64,000 bases of DNA from Candidatus Poribacteria bacterium (GTDB lineage: Bacteria; Poribacteria; WGA-4E; JAJDTR01). Both the position numbers and the translations under genes were made by a program. Positions 51,377 through 60,731 of this stretch are shown one piece after another (position 1 is the stretch's first letter; each line of letters begins with the position of its first letter). Under the pieces are notes generated by a model that worked only from the letters and a program-made list of their open reading frames with translations, did not search any database and had not been told where the DNA came from. The stretch is from assembly GCA_965222225.1 (NCBI GenBank), contig CBDCTK010000002.1:4928001-4992000 (forward strand). Direction: 5' to 3'.

Positions 51377-54004
51377 TCATCTCGCTGAGGACAGACGATC
51401 TATCAACGACTTCTTAATCTCGTCTAGTCGCTGTAAATTTGTAATCTTGTAGCCGTCTTGCTCCGTGACATAGAATGAATCCATGGCCGTAAAGCCTTCT
51501 GTGGTAATCTTGGCGATTCGGATGTCAAGATTCAGATTGTAAAATGTATCCGAGATAGCGTAAAGTAAACCGACTTGATCTTGCGCACGGATGTCGATAA
51601 TTGTTGCTAGAGAGGAGCCACTATTATCAATCGTAATCCTGGAGGACAAATTGCGCCGTCCCCTGCTTTGCGGATTTTCATCCTCTTGCTTTTGAATGGC
51701 GGCTTCAAAATCAACGTTTCCGCCCCAAACGCCCTCAAGTGCCTGGGTGATTCGTTCGCGCTGTTCAGGACTTAGGCTTTTTCGACTTGATTCGTCCGTA
51801 AGATTCACTGCGTCAATAACAAGTCCGTCGTAACGTGTTTCGATTTCTGCACTCATGATATTCGCGTTTTCCGAGGCTAGGACCCCGGTAATCTGACGGA
51901 AGGTCCCACGCTTATCCCGAGTACAGATTCCGATCTGTGTGTGAGTTTCGACTTCTTTAAAACAGGAAACCGCGATGGGTTTATCTCCAAGCTGGTGAAC
52001 GAGTTGAATCTGTTTGCTGATAAATCCGGGCGAATTTCCCGCCAATTCCTGATCGGGCATCATCTCGAAGTGCCGCTGAATCAGGTCTTTCCCAACAGAT
52101 TCACCGATGAGTGCGATAACCTCTTTCTGCAGCTCGTCTAATTTTAGACGATAGGACTCGCCCCGGAGGAATTTCACTGTACGTTGGTAGAGTTCTCGCA
52201 GTAGAACTGCGCTCCACTCCGTCCAGATGCCAGCACTGACAGCGCGGAGATCTGCAAATGTCAGTAGGTATAGCATCATGGCGTTCTGTTCGTTTCCAAC
52301 TAGCTTGGCGAATTGTTCAATGGTTGTCGGATCGTCAAGATCCCGTTGCCGAGAAGTATAATGCATGTCAAGGTGCCGCGCAATCAGGAACAGCACGGTT
52401 TTGCGATCAGGCTCCGGCAGCCCTAAGCGGTCCAACATCGCTTTTGCCGCTTCCACGCTTCGTTCGTCATGGTTTCCGGGCCCTTCTATTCCTTTGCCAA
52501 CATCGTGGAATAGGACTGCCAGTCGCAATAACTCCGGCTTTTCTAGCGAGTTCAGCATCTCTATGAAATGCTTGCCGTCCTTCATTCCCGCGAGCGTTTT
52601 CTCCTCCAAGTTTTCTATCGCGTACATTGTATGTTCATCAACGGTGTATTGGTGTGGACGGTCATAACGGACGAGGGATCGAATCTTGCCAAACTCGGGC
52701 AGGTACCGGTCCAGTACCTGCCAACGGTGCATTCGGCGCAGCGTCTCGGCGACGCGTGTTGGATTGCCCAAGATTGAAAGGAATATTCTTGCGTTCTCAC
52801 GAGTGCGTCGAAAGTCCTCATCAATGAGCGCCAGGTTAGCGGCAATTTCGTACCGCACATCGGCACCAACACGATAACCAAGCCTTTGTCTATGAACGAA
52901 CAACTTCATGATGCGGGTCGGATCGGTTGAAAAGCCCGAGTATCCCGGCTGGAAGCAGATTTCCTTCCGACTGACGAGGAAGCCATCAGACAATCTTACG
53001 GAACGTAATCGGTTGAGCGCTCGACTGCCCGGCCGTGCTTTGTACTTCACGAGGTCGATGATGAGTTTGGCAAATTCGAATAGATGCTCGGCGTGCAGAT
53101 AGTAGTCTCGCATCATCGCTTCCTCAGCAAGGACATTTCCTTCGTCGGTGTACCCCAGGTTTTTAGCCATGGTATGTTGCACCTCGAACGCGAGTTGGTC
53201 GCTCCTGCGCTTCGTCACGTAATGGAGTTCGTTGCGGAGTCGCCACAGAAAATCAAGCGATGCCTCGCATGCTTCCGCGACTTGCGAAGGAACAATCTTG
53301 CGTTTTGCGAGATCAGCCAGCTCTTTAATTCCGTATCGTACGGCTGCGACCCAGATGGCGGTGTGAAAATCCCTAAGTCCACCGACGCTTTCCTTGATAT
53401 TTGGTTCTTGCAGATAGATGGTTGAACCGTATGACTGGTGACGTTCATTCCACTCACGAATCGTCTGAGCGATGAATTTGTTGATTTGCCGCTTGTAGAA
53501 GTGTTTCGATGTTTGATTTTGGAACTGTTGGTGCACCGTTTTGGCGCCGGTGATGTAACGCGCCTCAATCATAGAGGTTTTCGAGAACAGGTCTTGATAC
53601 GTTGCTTTGATGCAGTCTTTGATCGATCTGCAACTGTGTCCTACGTCAAATCCGACATCCCAAAGCATGGCAATAAGTTGATTTGCGAATGGTTCTATTT
53701 GCGATGTTGAGAGTTTGGAGTTGTCGTAGACCAGCATCACGTCAATGTCTGAATGCGGGTTGAGCGCCACTCGGCCGTATCCCCCAACAGCGAGAATGAC
53801 GAGCGGCATTTCTTTCGAGAGAATCCCGCCTTGTATGCTCGCTTGGTAGATTCGTTGGATTACGTTATCTGCGAGGCGGGAATATTCTTCGACTATCTCC
53901 GTCCCCCTAATTCCGAATCGATGGCGATTCTCTATGCGTGTGCGTTCTTGTACGCAGAACGCCTTCAGTTGTTTGACGAGTGTTTGGTTATGTAACTGTT
54001 CCAT
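51377..54004 (-). CDS. glnD: [Protein-PII] uridylyltransferase/uridylyl-removing enzyme, paralogue 2
   Basis: GGYGRVALNPHSDID, IKESVGGLRD, HQYTVDEHT, FHDVGKG, two ACT domains. Confidence 0.93.
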   Translation of the reverse strand: MEQLHNQTLVKQLKAFCVQERTRIENRHRFGIRGTEIVEEYSRLADNVIQRIYQASIQGGILSKEMPLVILAVGGYGRVALNPHSDIDVMLVYDNSKLSTSQIEPFANQLIAMLWDVGFDVGHSCRSIKDCIKATYQDLFSKTSMIEARYITGAKTVHQQFQNQTSKHFYKRQINKFIAQTIREWNERHQSYGSTIYLQEPNIKESVGGLRDFHTAIWVAAVRYGIKELADLAKRKIVPSQVAEACEASLDFLWRLRNELHYVTKRRSDQLAFEVQHTMAKNLGYTDEGNVLAEEAMMRDYYLHAEHLFEFAKLIIDLVKYKARPGSRALNRLRSVRLSDGFLVSRKEICFQPGYSGFSTDPTRIMKLFVHRQRLGYRVGADVRYEIAANLALIDEDFRRTRENARIFLSILGNPTRVAETLRRMHRWQVLDRYLPEFGKIRSLVRYDRPHQYTVDEHTMYAIENLEEKTLAGMKDGKHFIEMLNSLEKPELLRLAVLFHDVGKGIEGPGNHDERSVEAAKAMLDRLGLPEPDRKTVLFLIARHLDMHYTSRQRDLDDPTTIEQFAKLVGNEQNAMMLYLLTFADLRAVSAGIWTEWSAVLLRELYQRTVKFLRGESYRLKLDELQKEVIALIGESVGKDLIQRHFEMMPDQELAGNSPGFISKQIQLVHQLGDKPIAVSCFKEVETHTQIGICTRDKRGTFRQITGVLASENANIMSAEIETRYDGLVIDAVNLTDESSRKSLSPEQRERITQALEGVWGGNVDFEAAIQKQEDENPQSRGRRNLSSRITIDNSGSSLATIIDIRAQDQVGLLYAISDTFYNLNLDIRIAKITTEGFTAMDSFYVTEQDGYKITNLQRLDEIKKSLIDRLSSAR

Positions 54005-54049
54005 CTATTTTGTCGGATAATCTCCCTTGGTTTATTGCTTTTGTACTCA

Positions 54050-55024
54050 TTATGTAACCACGTTGCGTGGTTGTCCTTGCAGGAACGCAATGACGTTGTC
54101 CACCGCCCCCTCGTTGAGGAGATCCACTCCCTCGGGGGTCATGTCTGCGCAGTGAGGCGTAAGTACGACCTGCTCGCAGCCAAGGAGCGGATGGTCCGCA
54201 GGTATCGGCTCTTGATCGAAAACGTCAATTGCCGCGCCGCCGAGGTGTCCGCTATTCAGAGCACCAACGAGGGCATTCGTATCAACGATGGGGCCACGTG
54301 CAACATTCACTAGAAGTGTGTTGGGTTTCATGAGATCGAACTGTGGTTTCCCGATTAGACTTCGACTGTCGTCGGTGAGTTTAGCGTGTATGCTGACCAC
54401 GTCCGCCGTGCGGAGTAGTTCATCCAAGCCTACGAATTTAACGCCGAGCTTCTCCGCCCGCTCCGGCGAGGGGTGGTACGTCCACGCGATGACATTCATG
54501 CCAATCGCACCACCGAGGCGCGCCATTTCGGCGCCAATGTTTCCCGTGCCTATAATCCCCAAGGTTTTCCCGTGCAGATAGATATGGTCCACCCGTGGCC
54601 ACCGACCGGCACGCATTGATTCCGTAAAAAACGCGGCTCTTTTTGCAATAGCCAACATCAAGCCAAATGCCTGTTCAGCGACGACGGGCGCCGTGCGCCC
54701 CGGCTGGTTGTTGACAGTAATGCCGAGTTCTTTTGCCGCCTCCAGATCTATCATGTCTGTACCGATGGAACAGGTTGAAATCAGGCGTAATTTTGGCAAC
54801 TGATGGAGAATCTCCGAGGGCCATGTGACCATTCCGCGCGAGTTGATTATGATGTCCGCGTCACCTGCGCGTTTGAGTTTCTCTTTGGCGCATGGGCAGC
54901 GGTCGGCGTACAGCACAACGTCGGCATAGGGGTCTAAGCGCTTAAGGTGGGGTGAGCCCTGAATCTGCGGCGGGTTGTCGCCCGGAACCACAACTTTGGG
55001 TCGGTCTGATGAAGTGTTCTGCAT
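54050..55024 (-). CDS. D-isomer-specific 2-hydroxyacid dehydrogenase (SerA/glycerate dehydrogenase-like)
   Basis: GIIGTGNIG, VNVARG, DVFDQEP, TPHCA. Confidence 0.9.
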   Translation of the reverse strand: MQNTSSDRPKVVVPGDNPPQIQGSPHLKRLDPYADVVLYADRCPCAKEKLKRAGDADIIINSRGMVTWPSEILHQLPKLRLISTCSIGTDMIDLEAAKELGITVNNQPGRTAPVVAEQAFGLMLAIAKRAAFFTESMRAGRWPRVDHIYLHGKTLGIIGTGNIGAEMARLGGAIGMNVIAWTYHPSPERAEKLGVKFVGLDELLRTADVVSIHAKLTDDSRSLIGKPQFDLMKPNTLLVNVARGPIVDTNALVGALNSGHLGGAAIDVFDQEPIPADHPLLGCEQVVLTPHCADMTPEGVDLLNEGAVDNVIAFLQGQPRNVVT

Positions 55025-55089
55025 AATCACCGGTTGGTGGAGGAGAAAGATTTACCATTCAGTAATTGCATTTATGGGCAGTGGCGAAC

Positions 55090-55941
55090 CTAGATGTCCG
55101 CTTGCACCCAAACCTTATCCAACGATTCAAGGCTGATTTTCGCCGCGGTGTTCGGAGGCATCGCTTCCACTTCATCGTTGCACGGCTCGGGCGTCACCGG
55201 TCCATCGTAGCCAATTCGATCCAGTATTTGCAGTATCTCTGCCGCGGGAATCACTCCCGTCTCCCCGGGCAGGCAGCGTTCATCGTCAAGTTGGTCATCG
55301 GGATTGATGCCCGCTGGCGCGTCGTTGATTTGGACGTAAATTACCTCGTTCTTGGTCAACCTCCGCACGTCATCCAGTGTGGAACGGCAGGTGTACCAGT
55401 GCCAGGTGTCGAAGAGGAGTCCGACGTTGCCGGTGCCGATAGTTGCGGCGAGGTCCAGAACAACATTCATGTCGTATGCAAACGAGAAGCGGTGCATCCT
55501 GCGACTTGCGGCGGGCCCTATAAATTCCAATCCGAGTGAATGGCCGTAGGCGTTCAGTATCTCGGCGGCGGGTTTCAGGCGTCTGATGTGGAAATCCCAA
55601 TTTTCATTAAACGGTGCATTGCTCCAGTTGAAGACCTGTGTCGTTGTGCGGTGGCAGCCGAGGTCTGCGGCGAGCTGTGCCAGTGTTGGGAATGCCTTCA
55701 AGCCATCCTGAAATTCGGCATCGCCCCCTTTCCAATCAATGGGGAATTCCCAGCCGCCCATTTTTAGGCCGAATTCGGCCCACAGGTCTCTGACGTAATC
55801 AATCGAATGTTGCTTCGTTAGCCTGCTTGCTTCGTCTATGTCGAGGTCAAGCCCGTCAAAGCCGGCAGACTTCGCGAGTTTCAGGTTTTCTCGTATACCG
55901 GTCTGAATGCCGATTGCCGGAGGGCACAGATTCTTGAACAT
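55090..55941 (-). CDS. Sugar phosphate isomerase/epimerase (xylose isomerase-like TIM barrel)
   Basis: AGFDGLD, LGLEF, FDTWHW, QINDAP, RCLPGETG, GYDGPVTPEP. Confidence 0.85.
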   Translation of the reverse strand: MFKNLCPPAIGIQTGIRENLKLAKSAGFDGLDLDIDEASRLTKQHSIDYVRDLWAEFGLKMGGWEFPIDWKGGDAEFQDGLKAFPTLAQLAADLGCHRTTTQVFNWSNAPFNENWDFHIRRLKPAAEILNAYGHSLGLEFIGPAASRRMHRFSFAYDMNVVLDLAATIGTGNVGLLFDTWHWYTCRSTLDDVRRLTKNEVIYVQINDAPAGINPDDQLDDERCLPGETGVIPAAEILQILDRIGYDGPVTPEPCNDEVEAMPPNTAAKISLESLDKVWVQADI

Positions 55942-56042
55942 GCTTCGTTTATCGTTTTACCTTGTGTTCGACGGTAAAAAAAGTTTAGCAGGGAAGGGGT
56001 TTCTGGCCAAGGGTTTAATGGCAAACCACATGCAATCCTTGA

Positions 56043-56334
56043 GAACCTGTTTGAAAACCCTGGACACGATTTGAAGAATGTAGTTTGACACTCTGAGAAA
56101 ATTTCATACTTTTCATACTTTTCATACTTTTCATACCAAATGGGGTTTTTCAATGGAAACTAAAAGAGGGCGATAACCCTTAGCTATGACTAGCTTCTGC
56201 AGGGTTTCGACATTAAGGCTATAGGAACGTTGGTATGAAATTTTGGTATGAAACGCTAGTTGCCACCCAGGACAATTTCAAGTCTCACATTGACGCTATT
56301 TTTCAAAAGAGAAAATGATTTTTCAAACAAGTTC
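56043..56334. mobile_element. MITE family B copy with internal TTTCATAC repeats
   Basis: TIR GAACCTGTTTGAAAA ... TTTTCAAACAAGTTC, flanks TGA/TGG; four tandem TTTCATAC and two inverted GTATGAAA. Confidence 0.65.
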
Positions 56335-56479
56335 TGGGCTTTACTTTGTACGTTTAAGCGACACAACAGGCACCGATAATCAAGTGTTTCCAAAAAGCGA
56401 ACGAGATTTTGATTCTCTCGGCTTTTTGCCAGACCATTGAAAAAGTCGGCGGCGGTTGTTGATAGTGTACAACCTGTGA

Positions 56480-56692
56480 AAATCTCTATCACACGCGTTA
56501 TGAGATCTCTATCGCGCTCGTTATCTACTCCCTTGATCTCGCTTGATTCACGCTGGGACTTTGATGTGAGGCACCTCAGCATTACTATACACCTGAAGAT
56601 CTCTATCGCACTCGCTAATCGATCATTCGATCGCTCGTTGTTCGGTCGCTTGATCGCACCCTACAAGAAATGGTGGGCGGTGCCCACCCTAC
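56480..56692 (-). repeat. Cluster of 35-bp GATC units (one apparently nested) and REPs
   Basis: GATCTCTATCGCGCTCG...CTTGATC, GATCTCTATCGCACTCGC...CGCTTGATCGCACCCTAC, GGTGGGCGGTGCCCACCCTAC. Confidence 0.65.
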
Positions 56693-56783
56693 AAATGTAC
56701 AAAGTTGAGCTGAGAGGTAACCACAGGGCGTGAGTTCCACGGGCATAGGGCACCCAAAAGATTTCCCCTAGGGTATGAGAGAA

Positions 56784-59373
56784 TCAACTTCCATCGCCCA
56801 GTGATAATACGGATTCGAGGGCTTCCCTGAACTCGTTCTCATCGCGGTTGTTGTAGAACGGCACACCGATTAAGCGGTATTTCTTATTGTTGAACTCCAA
56901 TCGTCTGCCTTTAAAATGGGAGGTGATTTCTGCTAGGAATTTCTCCTTCCATCGATCGTGCTCTCGGAGGTGCGCCCCTTTCGGTTCAATGAAGAGTTGG
57001 TAAACCGACATCTCCCCATTTTTCTCACGCAGGAAGAGGGCAAAATCGGGTTGGAAGGCTCTTCCATCGGAGAAACTATAGATGGCGAAATGTCCCTCGT
57101 TGCGGAGGAGGTAGATTTCGTCGTACTGTTCCTCTAGCTGAATGATGAACCTATCAAGCATACGCACGAAGGCTTTTTCTTCGCTTGTGCCGTAGATGGT
57201 GTTGTTGGCGAACCAGTCTCTGGAAGACACGAAGTGCGCAAATTGTGAGTCGTCTTCGGCACGGGGATTGTTGGCGTCAAATTTCAAGACTTTGTCTTTG
57301 AAGACTTCTCGCACCCAGTTACCCCGAAACTCCTGGGTGCCTTCGTAATCCGTTGTTTGATCGCGCACTTCCGATTCAATTTCACTTAACAAGCCCGACA
57401 CCGCAGCCAGTTTTTCTTCGGGGTCCTCGTCCAATCCGTACAGGTTACCTTCAAAGGTAATCTCCAACCCGCCGAGATAGTCTTCGGAAGTGATGAATTC
57501 GCGGATTGAAGTGAGATGGGGAAAATAGCGTTTGAGCGATACCAAGGTGAAAAACGGATTGCGAGCCATTGCGGCTTGGACTATGTTTCGCCCGAGATTT
57601 CGTATCTTTACATCCCTTCGGTTCTCGTCGTGGAGCACGGACGCTTGACCATCTGTTTCGAAAACTGCCTGCGCGTCGCCTTGACCCGTGGCAATCCGAT
57701 GGACGTAGTTCCTTCGCGTCACACCCAGATCGTTAAACGAATTCACATGCCGGTAATCCTTGGGGCAGCGGGCGTTGAGCCAGACGACGCCGTATTTGTA
57801 GAAGTCGGTGCGCTTGAACGGTTGCTTGAGCTTTAACTCACGGGTTACCTCTCTGCTGTCCATCATCCCTTCTTCTACCAATGCGGTACGGAGTTGGCCA
57901 ATGTAGTTGGAATCGTTGATGCTGTGGTAGTGCAACTCCTCAATGACACGGAGTTCGTGGCCAAGGTCGCCGTCGAATTTTCGGCGGAACCGCTCATCGT
58001 TGTCCGGCAGAACAAAGGGGAAATAACGTGCGCCGCGCCCGATGAGTTGGGCGTCGGATGTAGTAGTCTGTGTGACGCCACTAGTTGCGGAACCAGGCGA
58101 TTCGTTGCAACGGACGATATCGAACAGATTTAGCACGTCCCAGCCTTCGGTGAGTTTCTTCACGGCGAAGATAGCGCGAATACGATTTCCCCGATCTTCA
58201 AGGGTGTTGACCAGAATCTGATAGTTTTCTTTCTCTTGTTTCTTGTTCACCGAGAGACAGTAATTTTCTTGAAATTCCCGTTTCAGGAGCGTCGCCAACT
58301 CGTCGTCGCTGGTTCCTTCCGCGTCGAAAAATTGAAACGCCCGTTGAACGGCTGGTATATTCGATCGGCGAATGGTCCTCACTTGTTCAGCCGTGAGTTC
58401 ATCAATCAGGCGATGAAAGTTGGCTTTGTTCTGTATTGACTGTTCAATTGTACGATGCGCTTTGAAGAGGATTACCGGTTTGAGATCAATCCGATAATCG
58501 CTCTTTGCAGCCACCTCCCGTTTGTACTAATTGAGAATAAGCGCCTGCAGGGTACGTTGGTTGAAATCGAAATCGGATTGGACGATGACGACATCTTTCG
58601 AAAATCCGTCGTTGCGGAATTGGAGCAGGTCGTAACGGTTGATAACCTTGTTTTTATACTTTTGCACCATCGCAGGCGTTTCGTAGTCGTGGGTTGCGGT
58701 AAATTCTAGCAGCAAGTTGTCTCGGTTTTGGTGAAAGATGCGCTCGACGGTGTTCTCCCAACTGTCAAACAACTCCTGCTCAGATCTGGTGCTAACGTTC
58801 ATGTGATGGGCTTCATCGGCAATCAGGACGACGCTTTGCCCTCGGAAGTCTTCAAAGGTGATGGCATTCTCTCTCGCGGTTGTTAGATCGGAGTGGAGTT
58901 TTTGAATGGTAGTGAAACAGATGTTTATGTCGTTGTTGTTGGCGTCTTCAAAGTTGGCGACTGGCGTCACGGAAACCTGATGGCTGCCGAAATGAATGGG
59001 TTCATTGAACAGGTATTTGGATGAGAGGGGATTGAGAAAGTTGTCCTTCGTCTTTTCGATGATATTGGTGGCATTGACGAAGAAGAGGAAATTACGATAG
59101 CCCTTTTCGTAGAGGTAGAGAATCAGACCTGCCATAATGAGGGTTTTGCCGCTGCCGGTTGCCATGTTGAAGAGAAGATGCCCACAGGGGACGTTCTTTT
59201 CCCGGAAAGTCATTGTCCAGACAGTGAAAGAAGCGTGCAAATGCCTCTCCTTGGTATGGGCGCAACTCGAATTTGGGGTTTAGGTTCTCCTTGATCCAAT
59301 CGGGAGTTTCAATCTTCAAAAATCCCAATTGTATCGCAGAATTGAGGTCTTGATATAGGAAATTAGCAGGCAT
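56784..59373 (-). pseudogene. Type III restriction endonuclease Res subunit, disrupted (frameshift near 59195, in-frame TAG at 58527)
   Basis: LRPYQ, FNMATGSGKT, IADEAHH, EFTAT, LTEGWDVLNLF, QLIGRGARY, FQPDF..FIEPKG nuclease motif. Confidence 0.88.
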
Positions 59374-59703
59374 TGATGTTCCATTTAGCGTAAGGTGTGG
59401 TTTATTTTCCAAATAGATAGCGCTTATGGGGCGTTTTGGTGATTGTCTGAACTTTGATTTATAGGATTATGGGATTACGTTGATTGTCAGTGTTTATAAC
59501 ATTTCTCTAAAATGACAGTGCATTTACGGGGTGAATTAAGCGCATATTTGACAAAGAGGCAGTACAGCCATTTCCGGTTATAAGACGGTCGCCGAACACG
59601 GATTCCATGTTGATTTGATGGTCGCATAAGGTTGATTGGAAATCCACAATCGCCCCCTACAACGGTGCGAATCAGCGAAACTACAGCGAGAAAAGAGATG
59701 CCA

Positions 59704-60329
59704 ACGGAACGTCGATTTAAGCGGCGTGTTGGCATTTTCTGAAATGGAGGTTTCCTTTGGTAGTGCGGGTTCTCAGCAATCCTAATGCTAACAAAATGCT
59801 AACAGAAAAAAAGTTTGGCTGCGATGACGGTTTGTCATCCTACGAATGGCATTAGCCATAGTTCCATGTAAGGAGGACGGCGGGCACAAAGAGGGAAAAT
59901 CGACGATTTGATGATCGTCGATCCGACCTTACTCGGTTAGCGAATTGCATGCTCGATGCCTACCGATTACGTTCTATTGCTGTAGAGAGTTTCTCATTCC
60001 ATTTCTATCGCACGGGATTTCCTATGGGATCTACTACCGCCTTGGGATCACTATCGCACTCGCTATCCGCTTGCTTGATCCCTCCTTATCCAGTCGGTTG
60101 ATCGTATGAAAAGGTGCATGATAATGTTGATCCATCGCCCTTTTGCGGCGGTTTTGGGTGAACTTGTCCCCATTTTTTTGTAAAAATACCCCGAAAAAAT
60201 AGGTACAGAAATGTGAACGGAGCGTCGATTTCAAGGGGGTGTTCACATGGTTTGATTTCGTACTTTCCTTTGATAGTGCGGGTTCACCTGCCTGCAAATG
60301 TGAACAAGATGTTAACAGAAAAAAAAGAT
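59704..60329 (+). repeat. Imperfect direct repeat pair of about 115 bp (59704-59815 and 60217-60329) with a 35-bp unit between
   Basis: Both copies share ACGGARCGTCGATTT, TTTCCTTTGRTAGTGCGGGTTC and ATG..AACAA.ATG.TAACAGAAAAAAA. Confidence 0.6.
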
Positions 60330-60731
60330 CGTCGGCGCGAAGGTAAATTCGAGGCATGGGAAAAGACTAAGGCCCAACCCGTTAGGGCAGGGCAGATTGG
60401 CGATTTACAGAGTAGCGTATTGACTGCGCCACTCATCAGATTACTCCATATTATACTATACAGGTGTAAAGTTATCAATGCCAAAGCAGCGGTTCGCAGA
60501 TTTGGACGTGATCTGTATGGGAGTTCTATCGCACACATTGTACATTGGCTTTATCCCTTGTCAGGGGGGAATTGTCATCGGCTGCGAAACAAGACGGTCG
60601 CCCTGTATTCGCGCCTAAAATCAATAGACCGAACAGTTACGATTGTCCTCGTATATTCCTTCGCGGCTGACTGCGTAATCGGAGAGTGGGAGTCAATCGG
60701 GACCAACAAATTCCATGAATTTGTCTGCCAG

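Noticed and set aside
55881-56153. ORF with YEKYEKYE repeat
   Set aside because: Translation of a 9-bp tandem repeat inside a MITE
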